IMG/VR virus record: IMGVR_UViG_3300022697_000391
Span: 1-26,063 of that record
Direction: 5' to 3' (one strand)
Length of the DNA: 26,063 bases
Source of the DNA: a virus
Taxonomy: Duplodnaviria > Caudoviricetes
Shown here: positions 24,669 to 26,063 of the stretch, one piece after another
How the letters are laid out: the number at the start of each line of letters is the position of its first letter
How positions within the stretch are numbered: the first letter of the stretch is position 1
Program-made: the position numbers and the translations under genes
Notes under the pieces: model-generated
What the model saw: the letters and a program-made list of their open reading frames with translations, nothing else
Database searches by the model: none
Told to the model about the DNA's origin: nothing

Positions 24669-26036
24669 ATGCCACGAAAAGCGAAAAACAAGCTCCATTT
24701 GAACGACCGTGTGGTGGAAGGTTTGGAGTCCGTCGAGGGCGCCACACGGTACTACGACGAAGCTGTGGGCGGGCTGCAGCTCATCTGTTATCGCGATGGC
24801 TCGAAGGTGTGGGCGTGTCGGCCCAAATTGCGCGATGGGAGAAATCGACAGATCACGATCGGGCCTTGGTGCCGACGGGGGGGCATCAAGGATGATGAGT
24901 GCTTGCGCACCACCCAGGCCCGAGGGCGGTATGTGGAACTCCTCGCCGATGTACGGCGCGGGGCATACGCCGAGGAGGATGCTGGGACACCTGGCGATAC
25001 GTTCGAGGCGGTGACGTCGCGGTACTTTGCTCATCATCAGCGTCTATTGGAACGGCGGAGTTCGAACCGCAAGCGGATACGAACTCTCAAGGAGGAAAGA
25101 CGGGTTCTGGATGCCGATATCCTTCCAGGTGTTTGCGACGGGCGCTTAGTTGCGGGGTTGCCGGTAAAGGACATCCGACCGCGGCACCTCACCGAAGTCC
25201 TGGCGAAGATTCAACAACGCGGTTCGTTGGTGATGCGAGATCGAGCCCGGGCCTATGTTTCCAATGTCTTCCGCTTTGCCCTGGGTGAGGGCCTGATCGA
25301 GATGAATCCGGTCACGGCGGTACCGCGGGCGGTGCGTGAGAAACCGCGGGATCGCCGCTTCAGCAAAGACGAGTTGAAAACCCTGATGGATCTCTGGATG
25401 GGCAAGCAGCCGCTTTCCGGTGACCCACAAAGCTATCCAAGCCCTCCAACACCGTATTTCTTCGTCCTTGGAATCCTCACCTTGGCACGTCGAGATGAAA
25501 TTCGGATGATGGAATGGTCTCGCATCAAACCCGATGGTGAGCGCTGGTTCTGGCATGTCCCGATTGAGGTCAAGATGCCCGATGGCCAAGTGTATGAGTT
25601 GGTGAAAAACAAGCTTGAACACCGAATCCCCCTCAGCAGCTTCGCACGGGAGATTCTTGAGAAAAGGTTGCGACCCCTCACCGGAGAACACCGCTGGGTC
25701 TTCCCCGGGCCCCGACGACCTGAATGGCCACGTAGTCGGAGTGGATTCCAGAAATCCAAACGCCGCTACATCAAAGAGGCCAACATCCAAGACATGCGCA
25801 TCCACGACCTTCGATCGATCGGAGCCACCATCATGGCCGAACTCGGTGTGACTGAAGAAATCATCGGCCTGTGTTGCAACCACAAGCCGAGGACCGTCAC
25901 GTCCCGGGTTTACATCAGGTCCCAGGAGCGCAGCATGTCGCAACGCATCGAGGCGCTTGAGCGCCTCGGGGAATACGTTCGGCAGATCTCCCTTGGCACG
26001 GCAGACCGGGCGAAGCTCCTCGCTTTCCGTTCTTGA
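24669..26036 (+). CDS. int: Tyrosine integrase, P4-like with N-terminal arm-binding domain
   Basis: GGAGG RBS before ATG 24669; 'GGLQLIC...GSKVW...ITIGPW' arm domain; catalytic R (TLARRDEI), K (KNK), HDLR, H (CNH), Y (RVY). Confidence 0.96.
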   Translation: MPRKAKNKLHLNDRVVEGLESVEGATRYYDEAVGGLQLICYRDGSKVWACRPKLRDGRNRQITIGPWCRRGGIKDDECLRTTQARGRYVELLADVRRGAYAEEDAGTPGDTFEAVTSRYFAHHQRLLERRSSNRKRIRTLKEERRVLDADILPGVCDGRLVAGLPVKDIRPRHLTEVLAKIQQRGSLVMRDRARAYVSNVFRFALGEGLIEMNPVTAVPRAVREKPRDRRFSKDELKTLMDLWMGKQPLSGDPQSYPSPPTPYFFVLGILTLARRDEIRMMEWSRIKPDGERWFWHVPIEVKMPDGQVYELVKNKLEHRIPLSSFAREILEKRLRPLTGEHRWVFPGPRRPEWPRSRSGFQKSKRRYIKEANIQDMRIHDLRSIGATIMAELGVTEEIIGLCCNHKPRTVTSRVYIRSQERSMSQRIEALERLGEYVRQISLGTADRAKLLAFRS

Positions 26037-26063
26037 CCTCATCCTTTTCTGAAACCGCTCCCT

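Larger units (their letters stand above)
1..26036. mobile_element. Temperate siphovirus-type phage/prophage segment (tail, head, packaging, putative lysis, replication, methylation, att, integrase)
   Basis: Canonical lambdoid/HK97 gene order with ATGA/GTGA/TGATG-coupled genes, a tRNA-derived att core and an adjacent tyrosine integrase. Whether the integrase belongs to this same element is not certain. Confidence 0.95.

Noticed and set aside
24220-24895. ORFs 24220-24495 (-), 24515-24895 (+) and integrase start at 24627
   Set aside because: They run through the tRNA fragment and repeat array without motifs; ATG 24669 has the GGAGG RBS.
25146-26042. 298-aa minus-strand ORF
   Set aside because: Antisense shadow of the integrase.

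Overview
The whole window is high-GC temperate siphophage DNA. From the left, a minus-strand late operon runs: a tape-measure protein of more than 1,700 aa (truncated at the window edge and absent from the ORF track), a G/GT tail chaperone pair with a -1 frameshift, tail tube, neck and head-completion genes, HK97-fold capsid, S49 protease, portal, terminase large and small subunits, and an HNH nuclease with a cos-like region inside its 3' end. Next comes an oppositely oriented, tightly coupled plus-strand cassette: a class-3 lipase with a helix-hairpin-helix insert, a 16-codon mini-ORF, an M15 peptidase, an unknown protein and a 45-aa zinc finger. A minus-strand early block follows: replication initiator with iteron-like repeats, HNH-like protein, minimal PolX, adenine MTase, and a C5 MTase with a nested out-of-frame second subunit. 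The window ends with the 3' half of a tRNA-His (att core, with the unusual U72/A73 end), phased repeats and a divergent P4-like tyrosine integrase. No repressor/Cro pair, and no holin or spanin beside the lytic enzymes, is visible. All family calls come from motif recognition by eye; no database searches were run.
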